A stretch of DNA of 23,441 nucleotides, taken from assembly GCA_038831915.1 (NCBI GenBank), contig JAWBKB010000022.1:1-23441 (forward strand). The letters are read 5' to 3'. Positions within the stretch are counted from its first letter, which is position 1; the number at the start of each line of letters is the position of its first letter. The stretch comes from Candidatus Caldarchaeum sp. (GTDB lineage: Archaea > Thermoproteota > Nitrososphaeria_A > Caldarchaeales > Caldarchaeaceae). Of the stretch, positions 1 through 7,800 are shown in pieces. A model generated the notes under the pieces. The model ran no database searches. It was not told the origin of the DNA and worked only from the letters and a program-made list of their open reading frames with translations. A program made the translations under genes and the position numbers.

Positions 1-185
1 CGGACAAGCATATCTATCTTGTCTTCAGGCATGTTGGAAGTGTCGAGTGCAGGTGTGACGACAACCTCCTTAGTTCCTGCGTCAGCCGGTAGGTCGCATG
101 CGTAGGTCACGCCAACGACCTCGTCTCCCGCACCAAGCCTGTATAATGTTTCTGTGGCGCTGGGAACCAGCGAAACAATACGCAT
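1..185 (-). CDS. BtuF/FepB-like cobalamin/iron-chelate periplasmic-binding protein, N-terminal part (runs off window start)
   Basis: Manual translation from ATG at 185: MRIVSLVPSATETLYRLGAGDEVVGVTYACDLPADAG..., the RIVSLxPSxTE...LG...VVGV N-terminus of TroA/BtuF-type binding proteins; not in the ORF track because it has no stop in the window. Confidence 0.85.
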   Translation of the reverse strand, partial: MRIVSLVPSATETLYRLGAGDEVVGVTYACDLPADAGTKEVVVTPALDTSNMPEDKIDMLV

Positions 186-270
186 GATGTAATGTCTTTC
201 TTTAACCTGATAAATTTTACGCACTCTAACAAAGACGTTGGCTCGTCTAGGTTTGATTACACGGTTTGTT

Positions 271-933
271 TCAGCGGTTTGCTACGAGGTCCTGAAAACA
301 GAACCTTCCATCCCGAACTACTTTCTCCCCGAGTGTGCACTCGACAGGTTTTGAAAACAACGGGCCGGAGTAGACGAAGGTGTGGAATTCGCCGTTTTCT
401 CCGCATGGGTCGCAGTCGGCAGGTATGCCGTTGAGAAAGCTCATGTCGTATTCCCTGCCCACGTATGTTTCGGGCAGCTTCTGCAAGTCGACGACAACTA
501 TCTTTGCTTTGTAGCCGAGTTGGAGGAAGGTTCGGGCAAGCTCTTTCGTCGGCCTACCCCACAGCGGGAAAAGACCATTCATACCCATGGCCTCGAGATT
601 TTTCTCACGATATCTTCTCACGTCTTCGAGGAAGATGTCGCCGAAAGCGATAGACTTGACGCCCTTGCTTTTCAGGTCTATGCACACTTGCTTCATCACC
701 GATTCGTAGACCTCGTTGCTGCAGTTGGGCGGTATGATGGCCTTGAATAACGGGAGCCCGAGACTGTGGGCTTGCTCCACCACCAGCTCCTCGCGGACGC
801 CGTGCATGCTGACCCGTTTGTAGCCTTCTGTGACAGTGCACAGCAGGCCTACAATTTCATACCCGGCTTGATGGAGAAAGTGCAGCGTCATGGTACTGTC
901 TTTGCCGCTGCTCCATGAAACCACTGTCTTCAA
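271..933 (-). CDS. DUF71/COG2102 PP-loop ATP pyrophosphatase (diphthamide-synthase-like family; probably the B12-associated subgroup)
   Basis: PP-loop SWSSGKDS, RVSMHG, FGDIFLEDVRRYRE, PLW and DPCGENGEFHTFV motifs. Start trimmed from 1047 to TTG at 933 because the family begins just before the PP-loop and the extension would overlap the divergent promoter. Confidence 0.85.
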   Translation of the reverse strand: MKTVVSWSSGKDSTMTLHFLHQAGYEIVGLLCTVTEGYKRVSMHGVREELVVEQAHSLGLPLFKAIIPPNCSNEVYESVMKQVCIDLKSKGVKSIAFGDIFLEDVRRYREKNLEAMGMNGLFPLWGRPTKELARTFLQLGYKAKIVVVDLQKLPETYVGREYDMSFLNGIPADCDPCGENGEFHTFVYSGPLFSKPVECTLGEKVVRDGRFCFQDLVANR

Positions 934-1003
934 CCTGGAATGACGTTTCTTCCCACGGTTATATGTCTGGAGATTTTTCGCAAGAATGTTTGTTTGGATA
1001 ATG

Positions 1004-1013
1004 TTTATTAAAA
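1004..1013 (+). promoter_or_regulatory. Archaeal TATA box for the SBP-permease-ATPase operon
   Basis: TTTATTAAAA about 25 nt upstream of ATG 1038. Confidence 0.55.
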
Positions 1014-1016
1014 AGA

Positions 1017-1035
1017 TGGATGGATTATCCATCCA
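1017..1035. promoter_or_regulatory. Perfect 9-1-9 palindrome, candidate repressor operator
   Basis: TGGATGGAT-T-ATCCATCCA between the TATA box and the start codon. Confidence 0.55.
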
Positions 1036-1037
1036 CC

Positions 1038-2303
1038 ATGATGCCACGCAGCCTCTCCCTAAAGATATTCACACCACTCTTGATCTTGTTCCTCGCTGCC
1101 GGGTTTGCTGGAGGTTTTTTGCTAAGGGGTTCAACACCTGCCACGGTTACGGAGACAGTTGTCCGAACGCATCATGAAACTGTCACGACATCTCTCGTCA
1201 AGGTTGAGGTGACGCCTCAGACGGTGACGTTGTCGGCTACAACCACTCAGACGGTCATAAAACAGTCTGAAGAACCGCCTGTCAAGTATGCCAAGTTTTT
1301 CGGCTTGACACGCGGTGATAGCTATGTTCTTTTGCGTGACTCTCACAACAGAACAGTTCTCGCCGTTCCGAGGGGCATGCCTGTCCCTGCCATCAAGGCC
1401 GACGTAATCGTCAGAACTCCTGTCGAGAGGGCGGTGTTGATGTCTGCTACGCACGTGGCTTTGGTTGAGCGGCTGCGGGAGTTTGACCCAGAGCTGTGGA
1501 AGAAGGTCGTCGGAATAATGTGGGGACAGAGCTACGAGTGGTACTTTCCAGAGGTTGAGAGGCTTCTGAAATCAGGCGTGATAAAGGATGTGGGGGCCTC
1601 GTGGTCGCCTGATTACGAGCAAATCGTCGCCCTTAACCCCGACCTCGTCATAATCTACACTTATCCCGGAGACCCTGTTGCTTCAAAGCTCGAGGAGCTC
1701 AAAATCCCATATGTAGTAAACAACGAGTACATGGAAAACCATCCGCTCGGGAGGTTTGAATGGATAAAGTTCGTGGGAGTGTTCTTCGGGCTGGGGAAGG
1801 AAGCCGACATGGTTTTCAAGTTCGTTGAACATAGCTACTGGATGACGGCGGAAAGAGTGAACAACCTCGTCAAAAAAATGGGTGTTCCGACGCCGAAGGT
1901 TGTTTGGTTTTCGGTTTTTCGCGGCACGGTATACGTTGCCGGCGGAAAAAGCTATGTTGCCGAGTCGCTTCGACATCTCGGCGCCGTGTATGCTTTTGGG
2001 GACCTTGACAAAACGGGTTCTGCAACAGTCACCGTGGAGGAGCTCGTCAGAAGAGCATCAGACGCGGACGTACTCATCATCTCGACAAATTTAATCACGT
2101 CGAAACAGGACTTGCTCAAGGAAATTCCCCAGCTCGCCGAATCAAAAGCATTCCGTCAAAACAGGCTTTACCGCTACAACTCAAACATCTTCCAGCTAGG
2201 CTATTATGCGGCTGAGGAGCTGTTCAGAGAGCTTGCAGCCACACTGTATCCCGGCTACCTCAGCTATCACGAGCCGTACGACTTTTTCGTGAAACTGAGT
2301 TGA
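1038..2303 (+). CDS. ABC transporter substrate-binding protein, Fe-siderophore/cobalamin (TroA-like) family, N-terminal membrane anchor and Thr/Val-rich linker
   Basis: N-terminal hydrophobic helix, TxT-rich linker, RTPVERAVLMS, PDYEQIVALNPDLVI, EYMENHPLGRFEWIKF motifs; start placed at ATG 1038 (ORF track 1020). Confidence 0.85.
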   Translation: MMPRSLSLKIFTPLLILFLAAGFAGGFLLRGSTPATVTETVVRTHHETVTTSLVKVEVTPQTVTLSATTTQTVIKQSEEPPVKYAKFFGLTRGDSYVLLRDSHNRTVLAVPRGMPVPAIKADVIVRTPVERAVLMSATHVALVERLREFDPELWKKVVGIMWGQSYEWYFPEVERLLKSGVIKDVGASWSPDYEQIVALNPDLVIIYTYPGDPVASKLEELKIPYVVNNEYMENHPLGRFEWIKFVGVFFGLGKEADMVFKFVEHSYWMTAERVNNLVKKMGVPTPKVVWFSVFRGTVYVAGGKSYVAESLRHLGAVYAFGDLDKTGSATVTVEELVRRASDADVLIISTNLITSKQDLLKEIPQLAESKAFRQNRLYRYNSNIFQLGYYAAEELFRELAATLYPGYLSYHEPYDFFVKLS

Positions 2304-3310
2304 CTGCCATGCGGTTAGGTGCTTTCCCCCTGCTCATCTCCCTGCTACTCGTCTCGTTCTTCTCATCCCTTATTCTGGGCAGCATCCGATACCCAGTTTA
2401 TACAATTCTGATGCACGTGCTGGGCCTGGATCATGATTTTTCTCTTCTGAACGTTATCGTTGACATCAGGCTTGTGAGAACTGTGGCGGCCGTGTTGACG
2501 GGAGCCTCGCTCGGCGTAGCCGGATGTATCTTGCAATCGCTTTTCAGAAATCCTTTAGCCGACCCCTTCGTCCTCGGAATCTCCTCAGGCTCCACTCTCG
2601 TAATAGCCGTCGCCCTAGTCCTCGGCACGGGATTCGGAATAATGCAAGCCTACGACCCATACAGCCTCTACATAGCCGGCTCGCTTGGAGCTCTGCTCAC
2701 CTCGCTTGTCGTCATAGGCCTCTCATCCGTTACCAGAACCGCTATAGGCCTCGTTCTAGCGGGAGTCGTGCTAGGTTATCTTAACGCGGGCGTAACCACG
2801 CTCATCATAACCATGTCTGACGTTGAGACTATGAGGGCGTTTAGCTTCTGGACGTTGGGAAGTTTTTCCGCCGCGAAAAAAAACATAGTCGAACCCGTGT
2901 TGCCATTCATGCTCGCTGGGTTTGTCGCCTCGTTTTTGGCGGCGAAGCCGTTGAACGCGTTGGCGTTCGGCGAGGAGATAGCTTCTTCTATGGGGGTTTG
3001 GATACGCGGTGCACGTGTTTTAGCCGTTGCTGCTTCCTCATCGGTTGTCGCCGCAGCTACGGTAATCGCAGGCCCCGTAGGGTTCATCGGGCTTGCAGCA
3101 CCACACATCGCAAGGCTCACCGCAAAAACAGTAGATAATCGGTTCATCATTCCATTATCAGGGCTTGCCGGATCAACGCTCGCGGTAACCTCGGACATAA
3201 TTGCGCGGAACATCGTTGCACCCCTTGACCTTCCAATAACAGCCATCACATCGATTTTCGGCGCACCCATCGTACTGTTTCTCCTAATGCGAAGAGGATT
3301 ACTGCGATGA
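2300..3310 (+). CDS. FecCD/BtuC-family ABC permease
   Basis: IRLVRTVAAVLTGASLGVAG, LQSLFRNPLADPFVLGISSG, GEEIASSMGV, GPVGFIGLAAPHIAR; overlaps the upstream stop. Confidence 0.93.
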   Translation: MTAMRLGAFPLLISLLLVSFFSSLILGSIRYPVYTILMHVLGLDHDFSLLNVIVDIRLVRTVAAVLTGASLGVAGCILQSLFRNPLADPFVLGISSGSTLVIAVALVLGTGFGIMQAYDPYSLYIAGSLGALLTSLVVIGLSSVTRTAIGLVLAGVVLGYLNAGVTTLIITMSDVETMRAFSFWTLGSFSAAKKNIVEPVLPFMLAGFVASFLAAKPLNALAFGEEIASSMGVWIRGARVLAVAASSSVVAAATVIAGPVGFIGLAAPHIARLTAKTVDNRFIIPLSGLAGSTLAVTSDIIARNIVAPLDLPITAITSIFGAPIVLFLLMRRGLLR

Positions 3311-4470
3311 TCAAAACACACAAGCTATCGATAGGCTACAGTCACGGCTCAATTGTCTCACGCATCGAGGTTGAACTGCGTAGCGGCGAATTCACCGTGG
3401 TGGTGGGGCCCAACGCCTCCGGCAAAACGACTTTCCTCAAGACTTTGGCTGGTTTGCTTAAACCAGTTGCTGGAACAGTTTTTTTAGGCGAGGATGATGT
3501 GAAGAGTTTGAGCGCTCGTTCTAGGGCCCGTCGTGTAGGGCTTGTTCTGACGGGAAGACCTGAAGTCACTGGGATGCTTGTTGAGGAAGTTGTTGCTCTA
3601 GGTCGCTATCCTTGGACAGGTCCAGTTCATATCTTAACCACGCAGGATAAGCAAGCGGTGCAGCAAGCCATGGCTAAAACCGGCATCACACATTTACATG
3701 GACGAAAAATATCCGAACTCAGCGACGGCCAGTTCCAACGCGTCATGATAGCCAGAGCATTAGCACAACAGCCCAAAATATTGATACTCGACGAGCCCAC
3801 CACACATCTAGACACCCCTTCCCGTGTTGAAATCATGATGCTGTTACGTAGGCTCGCCCACGACGAAAACATGACGGTAGTGGCTTCAACCCATGAGCTT
3901 GAGCTGGCCTTCAGGTTCGCCGACAAACTTCTTCTTATCTCTGACAACCAAGTCAAGTCCTTCGAAGACCCGGAGGAGTTGATTAACGACGAAACTTTCT
4001 ATAAAGCATTTGGTTTCAACCGCAAGCTTTCGTTCTCACCCTTAACTCTGACGGCAGAATTTCGAGATAGCTCCGCGCACGGCAAGCCCATAGTGTTTGT
4101 TATAGCCGGAGGCGGTTCAGGCGCCAAAACATACAGAAAACTGTTGAAGAAAGGTATCAAAGTCGTGACTGGTGTACTGCATGAAAACGACATCGACCAT
4201 CACATAGCCACCATGCTAGGATTAGAAGCCATATCGGAAAAGCCTTTCCAAGATATTAGCGAGGGGACGTTGGTCAAAGCGGTTGAAAAAATGCTGTCGT
4301 GCGATGCTGTCATTTACACCAGTCCGCCAATAGGCGAAAACAATAAACGCAACTTGGAACTCCTTCAAAGAGCCATACAAAGCAACAAACCCGTATACAC
4401 AGCGCATGAAATAGAACGCCACGGCCTTAACATCATAAAACACGAACTATCGATACAGTTAACAGCTTAA
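3307..4470 (+). CDS. FepC/BtuD-type ABC ATPase with a C-terminal extra domain
   Basis: Walker A GPNASGKT, signature LSDGQFQR, Walker B LILDEPT, H-loop STHE; ~130 aa extension beginning VFVIAGGGSG. Confidence 0.92.
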   Translation: MIKTHKLSIGYSHGSIVSRIEVELRSGEFTVVVGPNASGKTTFLKTLAGLLKPVAGTVFLGEDDVKSLSARSRARRVGLVLTGRPEVTGMLVEEVVALGRYPWTGPVHILTTQDKQAVQQAMAKTGITHLHGRKISELSDGQFQRVMIARALAQQPKILILDEPTTHLDTPSRVEIMMLLRRLAHDENMTVVASTHELELAFRFADKLLLISDNQVKSFEDPEELINDETFYKAFGFNRKLSFSPLTLTAEFRDSSAHGKPIVFVIAGGGSGAKTYRKLLKKGIKVVTGVLHENDIDHHIATMLGLEAISEKPFQDISEGTLVKAVEKMLSCDAVIYTSPPIGENNKRNLELLQRAIQSNKPVYTAHEIERHGLNIIKHELSIQLTA

Positions 4471-5014
4471 CCAACAAGACCCTTAATGATTTAGCTGGGC
4501 AGCTGTTTTTAACGTGAAGGTAGCTCCGGGTCTGTTTTGGCAGATAATCTACTGTGGCCTTCATTTCATCGGTGAGGTGCTCCTCGCCACTTAACAGCGT
4601 TTAACTTGTCTATGCTTAGACACCACGAGACAAGTTTCGTTATCGAGTTATTTTTCGCATTTCAATTGGAAATGCCTATTACCAATCTTTCAAGCAGATG
4701 GTCGTAGGGTAGCTAGTGCAAGAAATCCAGCAACCGTTTAACGGTCTATTTTTCACCCCATACCTTTTGAAAACCTCATGAACCCACATAATCAGAAAAG
4801 TTTCCCTGATTCTCTCACAAAATCCAATACTGTGTCACAATCTTTGTCAGCCAAGCTGTGTAAAAGGATTGAGACATCCACATAACCGGGTGGGCAGCCC
4901 TAGACTTAGAAGCTAAAAACCTTACCACAACCGTAACATCGACATCTCTTACTTGTTAAAACTACTGCCGCCGGGCCTATTTGATGAGTGGCTACCACCA
5001 ACGTTAGGTATACA
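4471..5014 (-). pseudogene. Possible decayed gene remnant of unknown identity
   Basis: 544-bp gap in a dense genome; minus-strand protein-like fragments in different frames (KRCRCYGCGKVF; HEVFKRYGVK; VKRLLDFLH*LPYDHLLERLV; EEHLTDEMKATVDYL) interrupted by stops. Confidence 0.3.
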
Positions 5015-6031
5015 TCATCCTTTGAGTTTCTTATCGTATTCGATAAGTTCTTTTTGTACGAATCTCCCGTCTTTGGCGATTGTTTCACCATCGTATAAGA
5101 CTGTAGGATTGTATATACCTGCGTCAGTGTGGGCTTTGGCTAGTCCTACCTTACCCTCGAACTTCAGGCTTTGAGATCCGAACCCAAACTCTACTCCCGC
5201 ATAAATTCTTTCATCTTCGAGAGGTACTCCAGTCAGCTTAGCTGTCGGATGGAAACCCCACGAAGCATGAGCTACGTAATACATTTTTTCATCGCCCAAG
5301 TTTTTCAACCATTTTTCAAATATTTTTGCTTCGATCCCTCCTTCAATTTTCACAATTTTACCGTTTTTTGCGACTACTTTCAAAGGATTCTTGAGAACAC
5401 CCAGCTCTGTCGGAGGCCAGACGAAAGTGTCAAACACAATAGTTCCCTCAAACGTTTCTTCAATCGGTGCCCAAGATATCTGGCCGCCAAGCGGTTTGTA
5501 GAATCCTTTTTTGTTCATAATTCCGTCGTTGTGGAAAACGGGGCGCTTAGGATCGTTTTCAAACCTTAGGTCAGTTCCGTTAACGCTTTTGATAACCACC
5601 TCTCTAGCGTTTGCAGTTAATTCTGTCAGTTTGTCGCCAAGCTTACACATTGTTGAATAATCTACTCGGCCAATTAGCCGTATCAACATGTCTGGGTTCA
5701 TACCTGTAAGCTCGAGGATTCTGGCGCCAGCTTTCATTGCCTCGTTGTACGCCGTCGTGTGCAGGATATACATTAGCGGCAGGCTTATAATCACGTCGCT
5801 AGATTTCATCGCTTCGGAAACATGTTTAGGCGGCTCCATGTCAACTTCTTTTCTTGTCTCATAAACCGTGATACAAGGCTCTGCTCCGAGAGAGTAAGCT
5901 GCAGACGCTAAAAGCTTAAGCATCTCCCAATCGATGGCGGTGTCGGCTAAAACCAAAACTTTCTCACCGGGTTTTGTTAAAGCAAGATCACGAACAGTTT
6001 TCAATGCAGCGTCGTACAATTCCATGAACAT
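5015..6031 (-). CDS. M29 (thermophilic aminopeptidase)/NicX-fold metalloenzyme
   Basis: KPGEKVLVLAD, EPP..V..AM..SDVI, GTDL.F, APIE..FEGTIVFD, GKIVKIEGG, EDER and HTD motifs; start at ATG 6031 or 6025, with TTTAATAAA on the minus strand at 6062-6070. Confidence 0.8.
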   Translation of the reverse strand: MFMELYDAALKTVRDLALTKPGEKVLVLADTAIDWEMLKLLASAAYSLGAEPCITVYETRKEVDMEPPKHVSEAMKSSDVIISLPLMYILHTTAYNEAMKAGARILELTGMNPDMLIRLIGRVDYSTMCKLGDKLTELTANAREVVIKSVNGTDLRFENDPKRPVFHNDGIMNKKGFYKPLGGQISWAPIEETFEGTIVFDTFVWPPTELGVLKNPLKVVAKNGKIVKIEGGIEAKIFEKWLKNLGDEKMYYVAHASWGFHPTAKLTGVPLEDERIYAGVEFGFGSQSLKFEGKVGLAKAHTDAGIYNPTVLYDGETIAKDGRFVQKELIEYDKKLKG

Positions 6032-6152
6032 AAAGCCTCGAGCAGTATCGTGTGTTAGTTGTTTATTAAATGTTTCAGCCATTGTGCGTGAACCCGCTCA
6101 TACTTAATCTGGCGGAATTGTTGCAAGAGGGATGAGTCATGTTTGGAGGGTG

Positions 6153-6172
6153 GCAAGCTATATAAAGCTTGC
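6153..6172. promoter_or_regulatory. Inverted repeat in the divergent intergenic region, candidate operator
   Basis: GCAAGCT-ATATAA-AGCTTGC, roughly midway between the two divergent starts. Confidence 0.35.
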
Positions 6173-6244
6173 TACACCGGTATATTTTCACGGTACAGAC
6201 AAGAAATAAATAACCCTTATACTTTTTTAAAACAGAAACAATAT

Positions 6245-6940
6245 ATGACAGGTAGAGTTGGTTTTTTGACCATCGGTCAATCACCGCGTAACGATGTTAT
6301 GAAAGACTTGATGAAGATTTTGCCGGCTGATTTAGAGGTGATTCAAGCCGGCGCGCTGGATGACTTCAACAACATACAGGAAATCTCACAGAAGCTCGGG
6401 CCAAAGGACGGTGAACTATTCTACGTCACAAGGATGAGGGATGGTTTAGAGGTGAAAGTTTCGAAAGAAAGGCTGATGCCATTGATGGCTGCGAAGGTTG
6501 ACTATTTGGATAGTCTAAACGTGGATGTCATTGTGATTCTTTGTTCAGGCGAATTTCCAAATTTCCGTTCCGATGCCTTGATCGTCTATCCTGACAAAAT
6601 CTTAAAGGGTGTGGCCTCGAGTATTTCCTATCAAGGAACCACCGCCATTCTTATTCCTTCAGAAAACCAAGTTGATTATGCTTTCGGTAAATGGTCAAAG
6701 TACTTCCGTGAGATTGTTGTCTTTCCAATTTCGCCCTATTCTGCTCAGCATGCTGACTTTGAAAATGTTGGCCGTATGATTCAAAACAATGGTATTAAAT
6801 TTGTCGTAATGGATTGTGCAGGGTATGATTTCAGTCACAAGAACATATTACACAGCGTGGCTCCCCAGGCTAAGGTCATTACCACCAGAGGAATCATCGG
6901 CCGTGTTGTCTCCGAGATGTTTAGACAAAAGCTTGCATAA
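6245..6940 (+). CDS. aroM: AroM family protein
   Basis: GFLTIGQSPRNDV, GALD, YVTRMRDG, ILCSGEFP, SPY and VMDCAGY motifs; start at ATG 6245 downstream of an AT-rich TATA-like run. The symbol denotes the family, not a proven orthologue. Confidence 0.85.
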   Translation: MTGRVGFLTIGQSPRNDVMKDLMKILPADLEVIQAGALDDFNNIQEISQKLGPKDGELFYVTRMRDGLEVKVSKERLMPLMAAKVDYLDSLNVDVIVILCSGEFPNFRSDALIVYPDKILKGVASSISYQGTTAILIPSENQVDYAFGKWSKYFREIVVFPISPYSAQHADFENVGRMIQNNGIKFVVMDCAGYDFSHKNILHSVAPQAKVITTRGIIGRVVSEMFRQKLA

Positions 6941-6944
6941 TTTT

Positions 6945-7799
6945 TCACCTTTTTCTTAGCCTTGGGTTAAGATATTCAACCAAACCGTCTCCAAGCAGGT
7001 TTAATCCAACAACAATCATTGACAACATGATGCCTGGATACACCGCCATCCACCAGGAGGTCAGTAGATATTGTTGAGCAGTGTTCAGCATCAAGCCAAG
7101 ACTTGGCACGTTGGGGTCTCCTACTCCTAAGAACCCTAACCCTGCCTCGATCAGAATAGCTGAGTTTACCTGCAAGATTATGTATGGAATTACCGCTGGT
7201 ATAGCATTAGGCAATATTTCGCCGAAGATTATACGTGAATCGGGCAATCCTATTGCTCTCGCTGCTTCCACGAACTGTCTTTCTTTGATTGATAGAAATT
7301 CGGCTCTAATTAAGCGGGCTAACCCGGGCCAGCTAACGATCCCGATGGCTATAATGATGTTTGTAAAGCTCTGGCCAAAAATGGCTACTATTACTAGTGC
7401 GAGCAGAAACTGTGGGAGAATTAGAGTCATGTCGGTGATGCGCATCAGAAAATCTTCTAGAAAACCTCTGTAGTAGCCTGCGAGAACCCCTATCAATGTT
7501 CCTATTACGATTGCTATGAGAACTGAGCTTAATCCTATCGTTAACGAGGTTCTTATTCCATAAATTACGTTTGAATATATGTCGCGGCCGAGATCATCTG
7601 TTCCGAATGGATGTCCCTCATTGGGGGGTGTGAATGGTTTCCCGACAAGAGTTTTGAGCGGAGGGAACCATGTTAACAACGGTGCAAATACCGCGATAAC
7701 AACCACGGCTGAAACGATGATGAGCCCTGCATATACTCTGGAGTTCAGCAGTATTCTAGAGCGTTTGACTTTCTTTTTCTGGTTTGTGTTAGTTGACAT
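6945..7799 (-). CDS. dppC: Dipeptide/oligopeptide ABC permease DppC/OppC
   Basis: HPFGTDDLGRDIYS, EAA loop FVEAARAIG, EAGLGFLG, WWMAVYPG, NLLGDGL. Confidence 0.93.
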   Translation of the reverse strand: MSTNTNQKKKVKRSRILLNSRVYAGLIIVSAVVVIAVFAPLLTWFPPLKTLVGKPFTPPNEGHPFGTDDLGRDIYSNVIYGIRTSLTIGLSSVLIAIVIGTLIGVLAGYYRGFLEDFLMRITDMTLILPQFLLALVIVAIFGQSFTNIIIAIGIVSWPGLARLIRAEFLSIKERQFVEAARAIGLPDSRIIFGEILPNAIPAVIPYIILQVNSAILIEAGLGFLGVGDPNVPSLGLMLNTAQQYLLTSWWMAVYPGIMLSMIVVGLNLLGDGLVEYLNPRLRKR

Positions 7800-7800
7800 T

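Noticed and set aside
186-1037. Cobalamin riboswitch upstream of the Btu-like genes
   Set aside because: The intergenic gaps are short and AT-rich, and no B12-box or conserved core is visible
934-1047. N-terminal extension of the DUF71 ORF (and similar extensions at 6032-6082, 6143-6244, 13531-13623, 16264-16353, 19894-19959)
   Set aside because: They run through AT-rich promoter or terminator DNA or the neighbouring gene, and family homology begins downstream
4843-4854. TGTCAGCCA resembling the IS6 right inverted repeat, which would imply a composite transposon
   Set aside because: It lacks the terminal GG(C/T)AC and has no adjacent IS6 transposase fragments; likely chance
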